Below are positions 47,791 to 57,727 of a DNA stretch of 64,000 nt, one piece after another. The DNA is from an uncultured delta proteobacterium (lineage in GTDB: Bacteria; Myxococcota_A; Polyangia; Polyangiales; B10-G4). The notes beneath the pieces are model-generated. The model saw only the letters and a program-made list of their open reading frames with translations. It ran no database searches and was not told the DNA's origin. Location of the stretch: NCBI GenBank assembly GCA_963727445.1, contig CAVSGI010000021.1, forward strand, positions 224,001 through 288,000, in the 5' to 3' direction. The translations under genes and the position numbers were made by a program. Position 1 is the first letter of the stretch. The number at the start of each line of letters is the position of its first letter.

Positions 47791-47942
47791 CTCGAGACAC
47801 CTACAAGCAAAGATCGGGCGAGCTGCAGCGTTTGATATTACTCGAGAATCAGCCGGGACGTTGGGGTCAATGGACCGTGGCCAGGGCCGAATGAGGTCCA
47901 TCGCCCCCTCCCGAGAGTCCCCGGCGCAGGGGGTATCCTTCG

Positions 47943-49232
47943 ATGGTGCGTCCTTCGTGCTCGTGCTCGATCCTGCTCGTTGTCTTGTCGGCTTGCTCCG
48001 TGGATTCGGGCGCCATCCTCCCGAGCGGATCCACCGACTCTTCGCCGCCCACCGACAGCCACGTGGGGACCGACACCACGCCGGCCAGGTGCGCCGGAGG
48101 TCGCACCGACTGCGCGGGCGTCTGCGTCGACCTCTCCAGCAACAGCGCAAACTGCGGGAGGTGCGGCAGCCCGTGCACCGGGGACGAGGTCTGCAGTGGG
48201 GGCACGTGCGTCGTCCCGGGCGCGCCATGCGAGTGGACGTTGCAGCGTACGCTGTCCTTCGACAACGCGTCGCGAGCGGAGAACCTGGACGACTTCACGG
48301 TGCTGGTCGTCCTCGATTCGTCGCGGATCGACTACGCCATGGTCGAAGATCAAGGGCACGACCTGCGGTTCACGGAGCCGGATGGGACGACGACGCTGCC
48401 CTACGAGGTCGAACGCTGGAGCACGGGCGGAAGGTCGTACGTCTGGGTTCGGGTCCCGCGGATCGACGCTTCCTCCAGCACCGACCACATCATCATGTAC
48501 TACGGCAATTCCTCCGCTTCGCCTGGCGAGGATCCGGCTGCGACGTGGGGCGCGGCCTACGAAGCCGTCTGGCATCTCGGTGGCGTCTCGGATTCGACGG
48601 GCAACGCGCACGACCTCACGGACATGGGCACCGAAGGCGCCTCCGGTCGCATCGGGCGCGCGCGCCGCTTCGACGGCGCCAGCGATCGGCTCGTTGCCGA
48701 CACGGTCGTCGGTTCGGCGGCCGACCTCACCTTCGAGCTGTGGATGCGGTCCGACGTGAGCACGGGTTTCCACCGGCCGATCGAGAAGATGGGCCCCAGC
48801 GGCACTCAGGGATGGTCGGTGTTGCAGAGACCCGACGCAGACCTCTTTCCCCGTGGGCTCGTCTTCCGCGTCGGCTCGGAGGGCTTCTATGGGGGATGGG
48901 GTAACGAGGTCTCCGCCTCGAACGTCTACAGCCCCGACACCTGGGAGCACGTCGTCGGTACCTTCGATTCGACGACGCACACCGGACGGCTCTACGTCGG
49001 CGGCGTCGAGGTCGACAGCGTCGTCAACACGGACGGCCGCGGGGTCGCTGACACCGGCGATCCGCTGCTCATCGGAGGCGGCGGAGAGCATTTCGATGGC
49101 GACATCGACGAGGTCCGCATCTCCACCGTGGCTCGCTCAGCGGCCTACGTCTCCGCGCAGCACGCGTCACAGACCGACACCTTCATCGTCTATGGTGACG
49201 AGACGTCGGTCGGAATCGCCTGTCCGGAGTAG
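47943..49232 (+). CDS. DUF2341 + LamG/concanavalin-like lipoprotein with N-terminal Cys-rich motif
   Basis: LSAC lipobox; CVDLSSNSANCGRCG..C; DLRFT..LPYEVERW..VWVRVP..MYYGN; AVWHL; WEHVVGTFD..LYVGG..FDGDIDEVRIS. Confidence 0.88.
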   Translation: MVRPSCSCSILLVVLSACSVDSGAILPSGSTDSSPPTDSHVGTDTTPARCAGGRTDCAGVCVDLSSNSANCGRCGSPCTGDEVCSGGTCVVPGAPCEWTLQRTLSFDNASRAENLDDFTVLVVLDSSRIDYAMVEDQGHDLRFTEPDGTTTLPYEVERWSTGGRSYVWVRVPRIDASSSTDHIIMYYGNSSASPGEDPAATWGAAYEAVWHLGGVSDSTGNAHDLTDMGTEGASGRIGRARRFDGASDRLVADTVVGSAADLTFELWMRSDVSTGFHRPIEKMGPSGTQGWSVLQRPDADLFPRGLVFRVGSEGFYGGWGNEVSASNVYSPDTWEHVVGTFDSTTHTGRLYVGGVEVDSVVNTDGRGVADTGDPLLIGGGGEHFDGDIDEVRISTVARSAAYVSAQHASQTDTFIVYGDETSVGIACPE

Positions 49233-49254
49233 GGGCCTCGGGGGACCTCGAACG

Positions 49255-50683
49255 CTACGGGCAGCTCTCGCGCGCGGGAACGGCGGGGAGCGGCTCCTGT
49301 CGGAAGTCGAAGGCGGGGAGAAGCGACCCGGCCACGTCGTCGCGGGCGGCCGGGCTGGCCGCGTGCAGTGACCCGACGGCGTCCGCGTCGCCGAAGAGCT
49401 CCTCGATCAACCGGACGACGCTCGCCTGCTCGCTGAGCTCGTGGAAGACGCCCTGCTTGACCCACGGCGAGACGATGATCAGCGGCAATCGGAAGCCCAG
49501 GCCGTAGGGGTGCGTCGCGTCGCAGCCGTACTGCATGGGTGGCGCGACGTGGTCGTGGAAGCCGCCGTAGTCATCGTAGGTGATGAGGATCGCGGTGGTG
49601 TCCCAGATCGGGCTCGCCATCACCTCGTTGACGAAGCGCGTCGTCCACGTCACCGACGAGCACATCGACAACGGCGGGTGACCGCTGCTGAGATCCTGAT
49701 CGACGAGCCAGGCGACGTTCGGGAAGTCGCCGGACGACAGGTCGCTCGAGAACTGGGAGTAGGGCACGATGTTCGACCAGCCGGGGCCGTGGCGGATGGG
49801 ATCGATCGCGTCGAACATGCCCCAGACGATGGGGCCCACCACCGGAAGATCGAGGCCGGTCCCGTAGAACTTCCAGGTCACGCCCGGACGGAGGGTGTCG
49901 GGCGCGCTCGGGATGTCGAAGCACGGCCTCGGTGAGTCCACGGCGCACGTTCCGTCGCGGAGGACGTCCACGTGGGCGGTGAAGATCTCGTCGCAGCCCC
50001 ACAGAGGATCCGTGATCAACCCGGGGTTGCCGATCGCCCAGCCGGCCTGAGCAGCGAGGAGGAACGTATGCCCCGGAAAGCTCGGGCCGAGCATCGAGCT
50101 GAAGTAGTTGTCGGCGACCGCGTAGCTCGTCGCGAGATCCCAGAATCCGGGGATCGAGCTCGGGCCGTACTGCGCCCACGCCAGGTGGTCGCCTCCGTTG
50201 TTCGCGTCCGGCACGCTCTCCCAGCCGTCGTTCGTGCCTCCGTTCCACGCGGTGAGCGCGCAGTCGTGGGTGTGGCAGAGATCGCGCGTGAGGATGTCGG
50301 GCGCCTCCGGCGCGTCGAACTCGCCACTCGCCGTGACGAAGTGCGACTGCGTGTCTGCATCGGGCAGCCCGGCGAACAGGCTGTCGAAGGTGTGGTTTTC
50401 GAGCACGATGATCACGAGGTGATCGATGTGCCCTCGAATTGGCCCCGCATCGGGGCCGGCGTCACCGCCCGCATCGAGCCCAGCGTCGCCCGCCGCATCG
50501 CCGGGAGCATCCAGGGTGGCGTCGGCCACGGGCACATCCAAAGGAGCATCCGCGAACGCGTCCACCGACGTGTCCGCGTCCGCGTGCGCATCGGCGACCG
50601 AATCCGCCGTCTGGCGTCGTGCCCGAGCCGCAATCGCACGCCTGCATCGCCAGCAACACGGAGCCCAGCACCAGCCTTCGCAT
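49255..50683 (-). CDS. Phosphoesterase / phospholipase C family exported protein, +1 frameshift near 50601
   Basis: IDHLVIIVLENHTFD, DNYFSSMLGPSFP, TYDDYGGFHDHVAPP, LGFRLPLIIVSPW; the signal MRRLVLGSVLLAMQAC lies in the adjacent frame. Confidence 0.88.
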
Positions 50684-50730
50684 GTCCCAAGCGTACGCCG
50701 GTGTCACTGGCCCGTCATGCGCCGGAGCGC

Positions 50731-51771
50731 TCACTCGGTCCGCAGGTCTGGTCGCGACTGCCGAATCGCTCGAACGACGTCCCGCAGCTCCCCAGGCAGC
50801 ACGTTCACCTCTCCGACGCCCCGATTCTCATCCGACGTGAGCTCGGGATCGCTGATCGCGTGCGGCTCGTGTCCGAGGAGGCGCAACTCCTGCCCATTGG
50901 CCGCGATGTGCAGCACGTCGCCCATGGGCGTACTGCCCCAACGCAGGGTCGCCTCGCTCAAGTCGACGTCGGCCACCTGCTTGCCATCGATGCGGGCGAG
51001 CAGACGGCCGCCTCCGATCTCCAGGCCCGCGGGGAGCTTCCTCCTCTTTCGGTCGCGCAGGCGGAACGAGGCCCGATAGGCGAGCCCCGTGAGGGCGAAA
51101 GAAACGAAGATGCCCAGCAGGGCGAGCTGGGGAGCACCGAGGGCAAACGGGATGATGAGGCCGGCGGCGAAGGACCCGAGCCCGATCACGGATATCGTCA
51201 TCAGGAAGAGCATCACGCTGGCGTTCCCTTCCGCGGTTCGAAAGCGCCGCATCGGGAGCCGTGAGAGGTCACCTCCGCGTCGGTCCACCAGCTCGGCGAT
51301 GCAGCCGACCGCCGCGAGCTTGGCCGACACCTCGTCCCAGTCTCGAAAATCCTTCGGTGGCCGTGCGTGGACTCGTCCCCTTTCGATGGTGGCGTCCGCC
51401 GCGGCGAGGCTCTCTTCGAGCTCCTTTCGAAATGCGGGGTCGTCGAAGAAGAGCTCGAGCTCCTCCCGGTAGGCACCGTGAACCCAGTACGAGGATCCCT
51501 CGGTGAGTCGAAAGGAAACGGGCGCCGCCGTACTCGCCTTCGTCGTGACGCTGAGCATGGACGGCAGGCTGCAATCGGGGCGTGCGTAGACGACCTTCGA
51601 CGAACGCTTGGACCGTGCGCTCGAGTAGAACCAGCTGTGCTGCGCCGTGACCGGAATCTTGCCGACGTGTCCCTCGAACCCGTGCCGGCGCTCTCCTTCG
51701 AGGACGATCGGCGGCTTGCTACGAAGCTCTTCGAGTGCCTCCTCGAATCGAGGAATCGAGCTCATCTCCAT
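50731..51771 (-). CDS. Hypothetical 2-TM membrane protein
   Basis: Coherent ORF with a hydrophobic hairpin (VMLFLMTISVIGLG..LLGIFVSFALTGLAY); start uncertain. Confidence 0.65.
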   Translation of the reverse strand: MEMSSIPRFEEALEELRSKPPIVLEGERRHGFEGHVGKIPVTAQHSWFYSSARSKRSSKVVYARPDCSLPSMLSVTTKASTAAPVSFRLTEGSSYWVHGAYREELELFFDDPAFRKELEESLAAADATIERGRVHARPPKDFRDWDEVSAKLAAVGCIAELVDRRGGDLSRLPMRRFRTAEGNASVMLFLMTISVIGLGSFAAGLIIPFALGAPQLALLGIFVSFALTGLAYRASFRLRDRKRRKLPAGLEIGGGRLLARIDGKQVADVDLSEATLRWGSTPMGDVLHIAANGQELRLLGHEPHAISDPELTSDENRGVGEVNVLPGELRDVVRAIRQSRPDLRTE

Positions 51772-51961
51772 CGAGTAGCACCATTTCGCCCCGACGCATT
51801 GCCGATCGGGGTCGGCTCGACTGCCACCGCGACGACGACGCAGTTTGTGACCACTGACCTCTGCCTCGTAGGACCGACACTTCGACTTGCCAGCCCTCCC
51901 GGCGAGCATACCTGGAAGGGCAGGTAGAGCGCCCAAGGGCGCCCAAGCCGGAGGCTCTCTC

Positions 51962-52549
51962 ATGAACGACTCGCTCATCTCCTCGCTGCCCTCCCTCGAT
52001 GCCATGCCCGACGAGCTGGAGGTCGTGGTGGTCCTCAACGTCGGCGACGACATCTCGACCGACGAAATAATTCCTGCGGGCCCCGATGTCCTCGCCGCGC
52101 CCAGCGACATCGCCAGTATCGCCGAGTACTGCTTCCGCAACATCGACGCTGGCTACGTCCGCCGTGCCCGGGAGGTCGGCGCCGCCCACGCCATCATCGC
52201 CGGCGACAACTACGGCAAGGGCGACGGCAACGACTACGCGGTGCTCGCGCCCCGCTCCCTCGGTCTTCGTCTGGTGGTCGCCGACAGCTTCGCGAAGGCT
52301 CACCACGACAGGCTGGTCGAGCTCGGCGTCCTGCCACTCACCTTCGTCGACTTCGACGACGACGCCGCGCTCGTCGGTGAGCGGCTCGTCCTCGAGGACG
52401 CCCGGCGGCGTCTCGGCACCGAGGAGAAGCTGATCCTCCGGCGACCCGACGGCTACCCCATCCGGATGCGCCACGCGCTGAGCAAGGAGCAGATCCACTG
52501 GGTCCTCGCCGGCGGGCGGAGCGCCTGGGAGAGTCAGCGGCGAGACTGA
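51962..52549 (+). CDS. Stand-alone aconitase C-terminal (swivel) domain with degenerate active-site motifs
   Basis: VGDDISTDEIIPAG, IIAGDNYGKG, LAPRSLGLRLVVADSFA, LGVLPLTF, HALSKEQI..VLAGG; GGAGG RBS. Confidence 0.85.
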   Translation: MNDSLISSLPSLDAMPDELEVVVVLNVGDDISTDEIIPAGPDVLAAPSDIASIAEYCFRNIDAGYVRRAREVGAAHAIIAGDNYGKGDGNDYAVLAPRSLGLRLVVADSFAKAHHDRLVELGVLPLTFVDFDDDAALVGERLVLEDARRRLGTEEKLILRRPDGYPIRMRHALSKEQIHWVLAGGRSAWESQRRD

Positions 52550-52585
52550 TGGTTCGTGGCCGGGGGGCCGCGATACCCTGAAGCC

Positions 52586-54625
52586 GTGGCTCGATCCCTC
52601 GTACCCGCCATCGCCCTGCTCGTCAGCGCGTGCTCCAGCGGTCCGACGAGCATCCTGGTCGACCTCAAGACCGATCTGCTCCCCGGCATCGAGTTCGCGA
52701 CGGTCGAGACGATCCTCCTCGAGCCCGAGAGCGATGTGGGCCTGAGCGTCGATCACGCGGTCGACGCGAGCGCTTCCTATCTCGCGGGCGTTCGCATCGC
52801 CGAGTACGACGACGTCCAGATCGAACGGCCGCGGGTTCGCGTGCGTGTACGCAGCGACTCCGGAGAGTTGGTGGCGGTGCGGGACACCGTCGTGACCTCC
52901 ACCTCCGGGCGCCTGGCGGTGACGGTGGTCATCACGAGGGATTGCCGCGGCGTCGTATGTCCCATGCCGGGCGGAAGCGCAGAGGCGACCGAATGCTATG
53001 CGGGGCGGTGCGTGCGGAGCGATTGCTCGGTCGAGAATCGTTCCGCGTGCGGAGCGAGCGCTTGCACTTCGGATGCGGAGTGCACCGCGACCAGCAGCTG
53101 CGCGTCATTCCGATGTGAGGACGGCGCCTGTCTCGCCGAGCCGATCGAGGGTGCCTGTGCGGCCACCGAGTACTGCAGCATCGAGGGAGGCTGCTTGCCG
53201 CTCGCTGGCGACTGCGTTCCGGGATCGAGTTGCTCGACTGGCAATCCGTGCGAGGCGGCCGAGGTCGATTGCTCGACGGGTCGCGCCGTCTGTCGGGTCG
53301 TGGGGCCCGCACCCGCTGGAGAGCCGTGTCGAGAGGCCGTGGACGCATGCGATGCTCCCGAGACCTGCGACGGCATGTCGACCGCCTGTCCGGCCGACGA
53401 GCTCGCGCCGGTGGCCACTCCCTGCCCCGACGGCTACTGCAACGGACTCGGCACGTGCTCGCCATGCACAGCCGGCGCCGCGTGTGCGACCGGTGACGAG
53501 TGCGAGCTCGGTATGACCGATTGCAGCACCGGGTCGCCCGTCTGCGTGTCCGCCGGGCCGGCGCCGGCGGGTACGGCGTGCCGCGCTTCGGCTGGCTCCT
53601 GCGACGTCGCGGAGAGCTGCGACGGTGTTGCGACGACGTGTCCCCCCGACGCGTTCCTCAGCGGGGTCACTTGTCGTGCGTCGCTGGGCAGCTGCGATGC
53701 GGCCGAGTCGTGCGACGGAATGTCGCCGACCTGTCCACCGGACGCCGTCGCCATGGCGGGTACGGTGTGTCGGCCGACCGCCGTCGCCTGCGATGCACCC
53801 GAGCTCTGCGACGGCGCGAGCATCGGCTGTCCCGCGGACGCACCGCTGGCCACCTGCGGCGGCTCGTGGCGGAGTGCTGGCACCTTCATGTTCTCGGTGC
53901 CCGTCGCGTGCACGGCCTTGCGCGTCCGCGCGTGGGGCGCCGGAGGCGGGCATGGGCTCGGTAACACGCGCGCAGGCGCAGGCGGCTATGGGGAGGCGAC
54001 GATCTCGGTGACCTCGGGTGAGACGTTGGTCATCGCGGTCGGTGGTGCGGGTGCGAACGCGACGAGCGGCGCCGGCACGACGGGTGGCCTTCACGGCGGC
54101 GGAGATGGTGGCCACGGCTCCAGCTCGCAGGGAGGAGGCAGCGGCGGTGGGTTCTCGGGTGCGTTCCGGGGCTCCATCAGCCAGGCGAACGCGCTGGTCA
54201 TGGCGGGTGGTGGTGGCGGAAGCGGTGGAGGCGGCTCACCTCTCGCGGGCGCCGGCGGCGGAGCGAGCGGCCAGTCCGGCACGGGTGGTGGAGGCACCCA
54301 GACGATGGGGGGAGCCATCGGAGGCACGGGGGGAAGCCCGACCGCTGGGACCGCGCTTCAGGGCGGAAATGGCGGCGTGCAGACCAGCGGGGACGGCGGC
54401 GGCGGTGGCGGCGGCGGCTACTTCGGCGGTGGCGGTGGGGGTGGCGCCAACAGCGACGCTTTCGCGGGCGGCGGCGGCTCCGGCTTCGCGGCCGCGGGCG
54501 CCATGGGAGTGAGGCTCGTGACCGGGGAGCGAGGGACGCCGGCGCTCGCTACCGATCCGGATCGGATGGCTGCCGGCGAGGTGGCGGGTGATGGGGCGGT
54601 GCTCGCGGAGTGCGCCGCGCCCTGA
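52586..54625 (+). CDS. Lipoprotein with Cys-rich disintegrin-like repeats and a C-terminal glycine-rich domain
   Basis: LVSAC lipobox; four CRxxxxxCDxxExCDGxxxxCPxD units; FSVP..VRAWGAGGG..GETLVIAVGG..GGGGGGYFGGG. Confidence 0.8.
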   Translation: MARSLVPAIALLVSACSSGPTSILVDLKTDLLPGIEFATVETILLEPESDVGLSVDHAVDASASYLAGVRIAEYDDVQIERPRVRVRVRSDSGELVAVRDTVVTSTSGRLAVTVVITRDCRGVVCPMPGGSAEATECYAGRCVRSDCSVENRSACGASACTSDAECTATSSCASFRCEDGACLAEPIEGACAATEYCSIEGGCLPLAGDCVPGSSCSTGNPCEAAEVDCSTGRAVCRVVGPAPAGEPCREAVDACDAPETCDGMSTACPADELAPVATPCPDGYCNGLGTCSPCTAGAACATGDECELGMTDCSTGSPVCVSAGPAPAGTACRASAGSCDVAESCDGVATTCPPDAFLSGVTCRASLGSCDAAESCDGMSPTCPPDAVAMAGTVCRPTAVACDAPELCDGASIGCPADAPLATCGGSWRSAGTFMFSVPVACTALRVRAWGAGGGHGLGNTRAGAGGYGEATISVTSGETLVIAVGGAGANATSGAGTTGGLHGGGDGGHGSSSQGGGSGGGFSGAFRGSISQANALVMAGGGGGSGGGGSPLAGAGGGASGQSGTGGGGTQTMGGAIGGTGGSPTAGTALQGGNGGVQTSGDGGGGGGGGYFGGGGGGGANSDAFAGGGGSGFAAAGAMGVRLVTGERGTPALATDPDRMAAGEVAGDGAVLAECAAP

Positions 54626-54734
54626 TCCGTCACGATTCGGCGAACGGCGAGGAAGACCGACCCGAGGCGGTGGCGATGCAGCCGTCTCAGCTGACGGGCT
54701 TCGGAGCACGCGCCTCGAGAGCGATCGTCGCGGC

Positions 54735-56714
54735 TCAGTCGGTCACGTATTCGAGCCCCGCGCCCTGGCGTACCACGAGCCGGTAGTTGGCCATCACGTC
54801 GTCGAAGGTATCGACGCTGCCGCTGGTGTCGGGCCAGATGATCTCGACGCGGTCGATGGTGCAGGCGTCTCCGAGACCGATGGTGACGTCGAGGTCGTGC
54901 TGCAGGCCGAAGTGGCCCTGGCCGGCCTGAACTTCGCGCGTACGCGTGACGCCGCCCGCGGTCACCTTCACCAGCGCGCCGACCGCGCTCCGATTCGCGC
55001 CACCCGCCGCGGCGCCGGCGCCCTCGAGGTGGAGCTGCGTCCAGTTCGCGTCCTGCCCCGAGACGTTTTCGTAGACGCGCAGCGGCGGCCCATCGGTCCA
55101 GATGGCGGAGCAATCCCGCGCGGTGCTCGAGGAGACCAACAGGTCGAGATCGCCGTCGCGGTCGAGGTCCGTCAGCGACAGGCCGGGCGCGCACGGGTGA
55201 TCGACGCCGCTGGCGTCGGTGACGTCTTCGAAGGTGCCGTCGGCGAGCTGCCGGTAGATCCACAGCGCCTGATCCGGGTAGTCGCTGGTCCCGAGGAGCA
55301 CGTCCATGTGGCCGTCGTTGTCGAGATCCGCCAGCGCCGAGACGATGCCGCCCTCGTTCCAGGACGCGCCCACCCGTGGAACCTCGAGGCCATCGGTCGC
55401 ATTGCCCGGCCGGGAGAAGGTGGGGACGCCGCTCGCGTTGGGCCCGTCGTTGACCAGCAGCTCCGCCGAGTCGCTCGACTCGCCGATGTGCCAGTGATGG
55501 ATCTCGGCGCTGTAGAGCTCCATGTCCCCGTCGGAGTCGACGTCGGCGCACGCGGTCGTGAAGGTGTTGCCGTTCAACCGGAAGGGCTGGTCGTCGACGC
55601 CCGCGTTCCACAACACGCCGTCGCAGGCGACGCGCGGGGAGGGCGCGCTGCAGCTCCCGGTGGTCTGGCAGTAGCAGCGGTAGAACTCGTTGTCCGAGTA
55701 GTCGAGGTCGTCGTCTCCGGCGAAGCCGCTTTCGGCGCCCACCTCGCGATAGGTGTCGCCCTCGTGGAGCCAGAGCTGGTTCCAGCGCCGGCCGTATGCC
55801 GACACCAGGAGATCCGTGTCCCCGTCCTGATCGACGTCGCACGCCGTCACGCCGTAGGTAGGCGCCGCGGTGTCCGGCTGGTCGACGTCACCATCGGTGA
55901 GGAGGCCGGCGGCCTCCGTCTGATACTCGAAGGCGCCCCCACCCACGTTGTGGGCGAGCTCGTCCTGGATCCCGTAGAGCGAGCGTCCGTACTGCGCGTA
56001 CCAGTTGCCGATGTAGACGTCGAGGAGCCCATCGCGATCGTGGTCGAGGAGCGTCGCAGAGGTGGTGGGGACGATCCGGACACCGCTGGCGCTCCCCGCG
56101 AGCGGCGCGGACATCGGACCGAGGGAGAAGACGCCGGTGCCGTCGTTCAGGAGCAGCTCGGTGCGGTGTCCCGGGTCGGTGCCGGGATCGTTCGGGTCAC
56201 CGTTGGTACCGGAGAGGATGTCGACGTCGCCGTCGTCGTCGAAGTCGGCATAGACAGCGAAGTGTGCCGCGCGACCGACGTCCGGTGGGTCGCTTCGCGT
56301 AGCCCCGTAGTTGCTCTCTCGCGTGCGATCCTCGAAGTGGTCTCCGTTCACGTTCATCAGCACGCGGTAGTGATAGTCGCGCGGCTCTGCCGTGAAGTCG
56401 GTCGGGTTGTGGGTGCCGCCCCGATGAACGATCACGTCCGGATAGCCGTCTCCGTTCAGGTCACCGCTCGAGACGCGATTCGCGAGCACGTCGAGGCCCG
56501 CGGCGTCCACGCCCCACGCCGCCGTCACGTCGGTGAAGCGGGGCCCCGCGCCGGGCGCGCTGAAGCTCGCGCATCGCTCCGGGGGAGGGGGGGTGCCGGC
56601 GTCGGCGTCGCTGCCCCCGTCGCCCCCACCGTCGGCGGGCGGCGGGCGGCGGTCGCCGCTGCACCCCAGGGAAAAGACCAAAAGGACGAGAGAGAAGAAG
56701 GGGACGAAGCGCAT
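54735..56714 (-). CDS. CRTAC1-family lipoprotein (FG-GAP repeats + ASPIC/UnbV domain)
   Basis: SLGC lipobox; repeated DxDxDGDxD motifs; NRSAVGALVKV..REV..GLG..WP. Confidence 0.9.
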   Translation of the reverse strand: MRFVPFFSLVLLVFSLGCSGDRRPPPADGGGDGGSDADAGTPPPPERCASFSAPGAGPRFTDVTAAWGVDAAGLDVLANRVSSGDLNGDGYPDVIVHRGGTHNPTDFTAEPRDYHYRVLMNVNGDHFEDRTRESNYGATRSDPPDVGRAAHFAVYADFDDDGDVDILSGTNGDPNDPGTDPGHRTELLLNDGTGVFSLGPMSAPLAGSASGVRIVPTTSATLLDHDRDGLLDVYIGNWYAQYGRSLYGIQDELAHNVGGGAFEYQTEAAGLLTDGDVDQPDTAAPTYGVTACDVDQDGDTDLLVSAYGRRWNQLWLHEGDTYREVGAESGFAGDDDLDYSDNEFYRCYCQTTGSCSAPSPRVACDGVLWNAGVDDQPFRLNGNTFTTACADVDSDGDMELYSAEIHHWHIGESSDSAELLVNDGPNASGVPTFSRPGNATDGLEVPRVGASWNEGGIVSALADLDNDGHMDVLLGTSDYPDQALWIYRQLADGTFEDVTDASGVDHPCAPGLSLTDLDRDGDLDLLVSSSTARDCSAIWTDGPPLRVYENVSGQDANWTQLHLEGAGAAAGGANRSAVGALVKVTAGGVTRTREVQAGQGHFGLQHDLDVTIGLGDACTIDRVEIIWPDTSGSVDTFDDVMANYRLVVRQGAGLEYVTD

Positions 56715-56761
56715 CAGGCTTCCTACGTGACTTGCAGACCGCCAACCGGCAAGGTCTCCGC

Positions 56762-57715
56762 GTGAAGAGCCACACCCTCAGCGCGGAGATCTCGCTATCC
56801 CGCATAGGTTTCGGGTGCTGGCCGCTCGGCGGCGCCCCGTGGGGGCCGATCGACGAAGCCGAGGCGAAGGGAGCGATTTTCGCGGCGCTCGACCTGGGGA
56901 TCGATTGGTTCGATACCGCGCCCATCTACGGCGCCGGCGCGGCCGACACTCTGCTTCGCCGCGTCCTCGGGCCGCGGCTTCGGGAGGTCTTCGTCGCTAC
57001 CAAGGTGGGCGTTCGTCTCGACCTCGAAACCGATCATGCCGAGAGCGATTTGTCTCCCGCATACGTCCGCTCCGATTGTGAAGCGAGCCTCGCCCGCCTC
57101 GGCGTCGAACGCATCGACCTCCTGCAGGTCCACTGGCCTTGCGACCGCGGGACCCCGATCGAGGACACGCTCGGCGCGCTCGTCGCGCTCCGCGACGAAG
57201 GGAAGATCCGCGCCTTCGGTCTCTGCAACTACTCGGCAGAAGGGTTCGCACGCGCGCACGCCGTCGAGCCCTCCATCGTGTCGCTTCAGTCGCCGCTCTC
57301 TCTTCTGCGCCGCGAAGCCGAGACGGCGCTGCTGCCCACGGTCCGCGGCCAGGGCATCTCATTCCTCGCCTACGAGACCCTCGGCCGCGGTCTCCTCACC
57401 GGCAAGTACCTCGAGGAGCCGCGCTTCGACGACGACGACCTCCGCGCATACGATCCGCGCTTTCGCGGCAGCCGCTTTCTCGCCATTTCGGCGCTCGCGC
57501 GCACGCTGTCGGCTGCAGGCGAAAAGATCGGCGCGAGCGCGGCCGCGATCGCGGTCGGTTGGGTGCTCTCGAGGCCGGGAGTCACTCACGCCATCGTCGG
57601 TGCCCGCAGCGCCGCCCAGATCCGCGAATCGGCGCTCGCACCGCGACTGGCGGAGGAGCCCCGGCTCTGGGCGGCGATGGATCGCATTGTCGAACCCGTC
57701 ACGCCTCGCAACTGA
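56762..57715 (+). CDS. Aldo/keto reductase
   Basis: IGFGCW, WFDTAPIYG, VATKVG, SLARLGVERIDLLQVHWP, EGKIRAFGLCN, GLLTGKY, IVGAR. Confidence 0.93.
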   Translation: MKSHTLSAEISLSRIGFGCWPLGGAPWGPIDEAEAKGAIFAALDLGIDWFDTAPIYGAGAADTLLRRVLGPRLREVFVATKVGVRLDLETDHAESDLSPAYVRSDCEASLARLGVERIDLLQVHWPCDRGTPIEDTLGALVALRDEGKIRAFGLCNYSAEGFARAHAVEPSIVSLQSPLSLLRREAETALLPTVRGQGISFLAYETLGRGLLTGKYLEEPRFDDDDLRAYDPRFRGSRFLAISALARTLSAAGEKIGASAAAIAVGWVLSRPGVTHAIVGARSAAQIRESALAPRLAEEPRLWAAMDRIVEPVTPRN

Positions 57716-57727
57716 ACGGCCGAGGCT

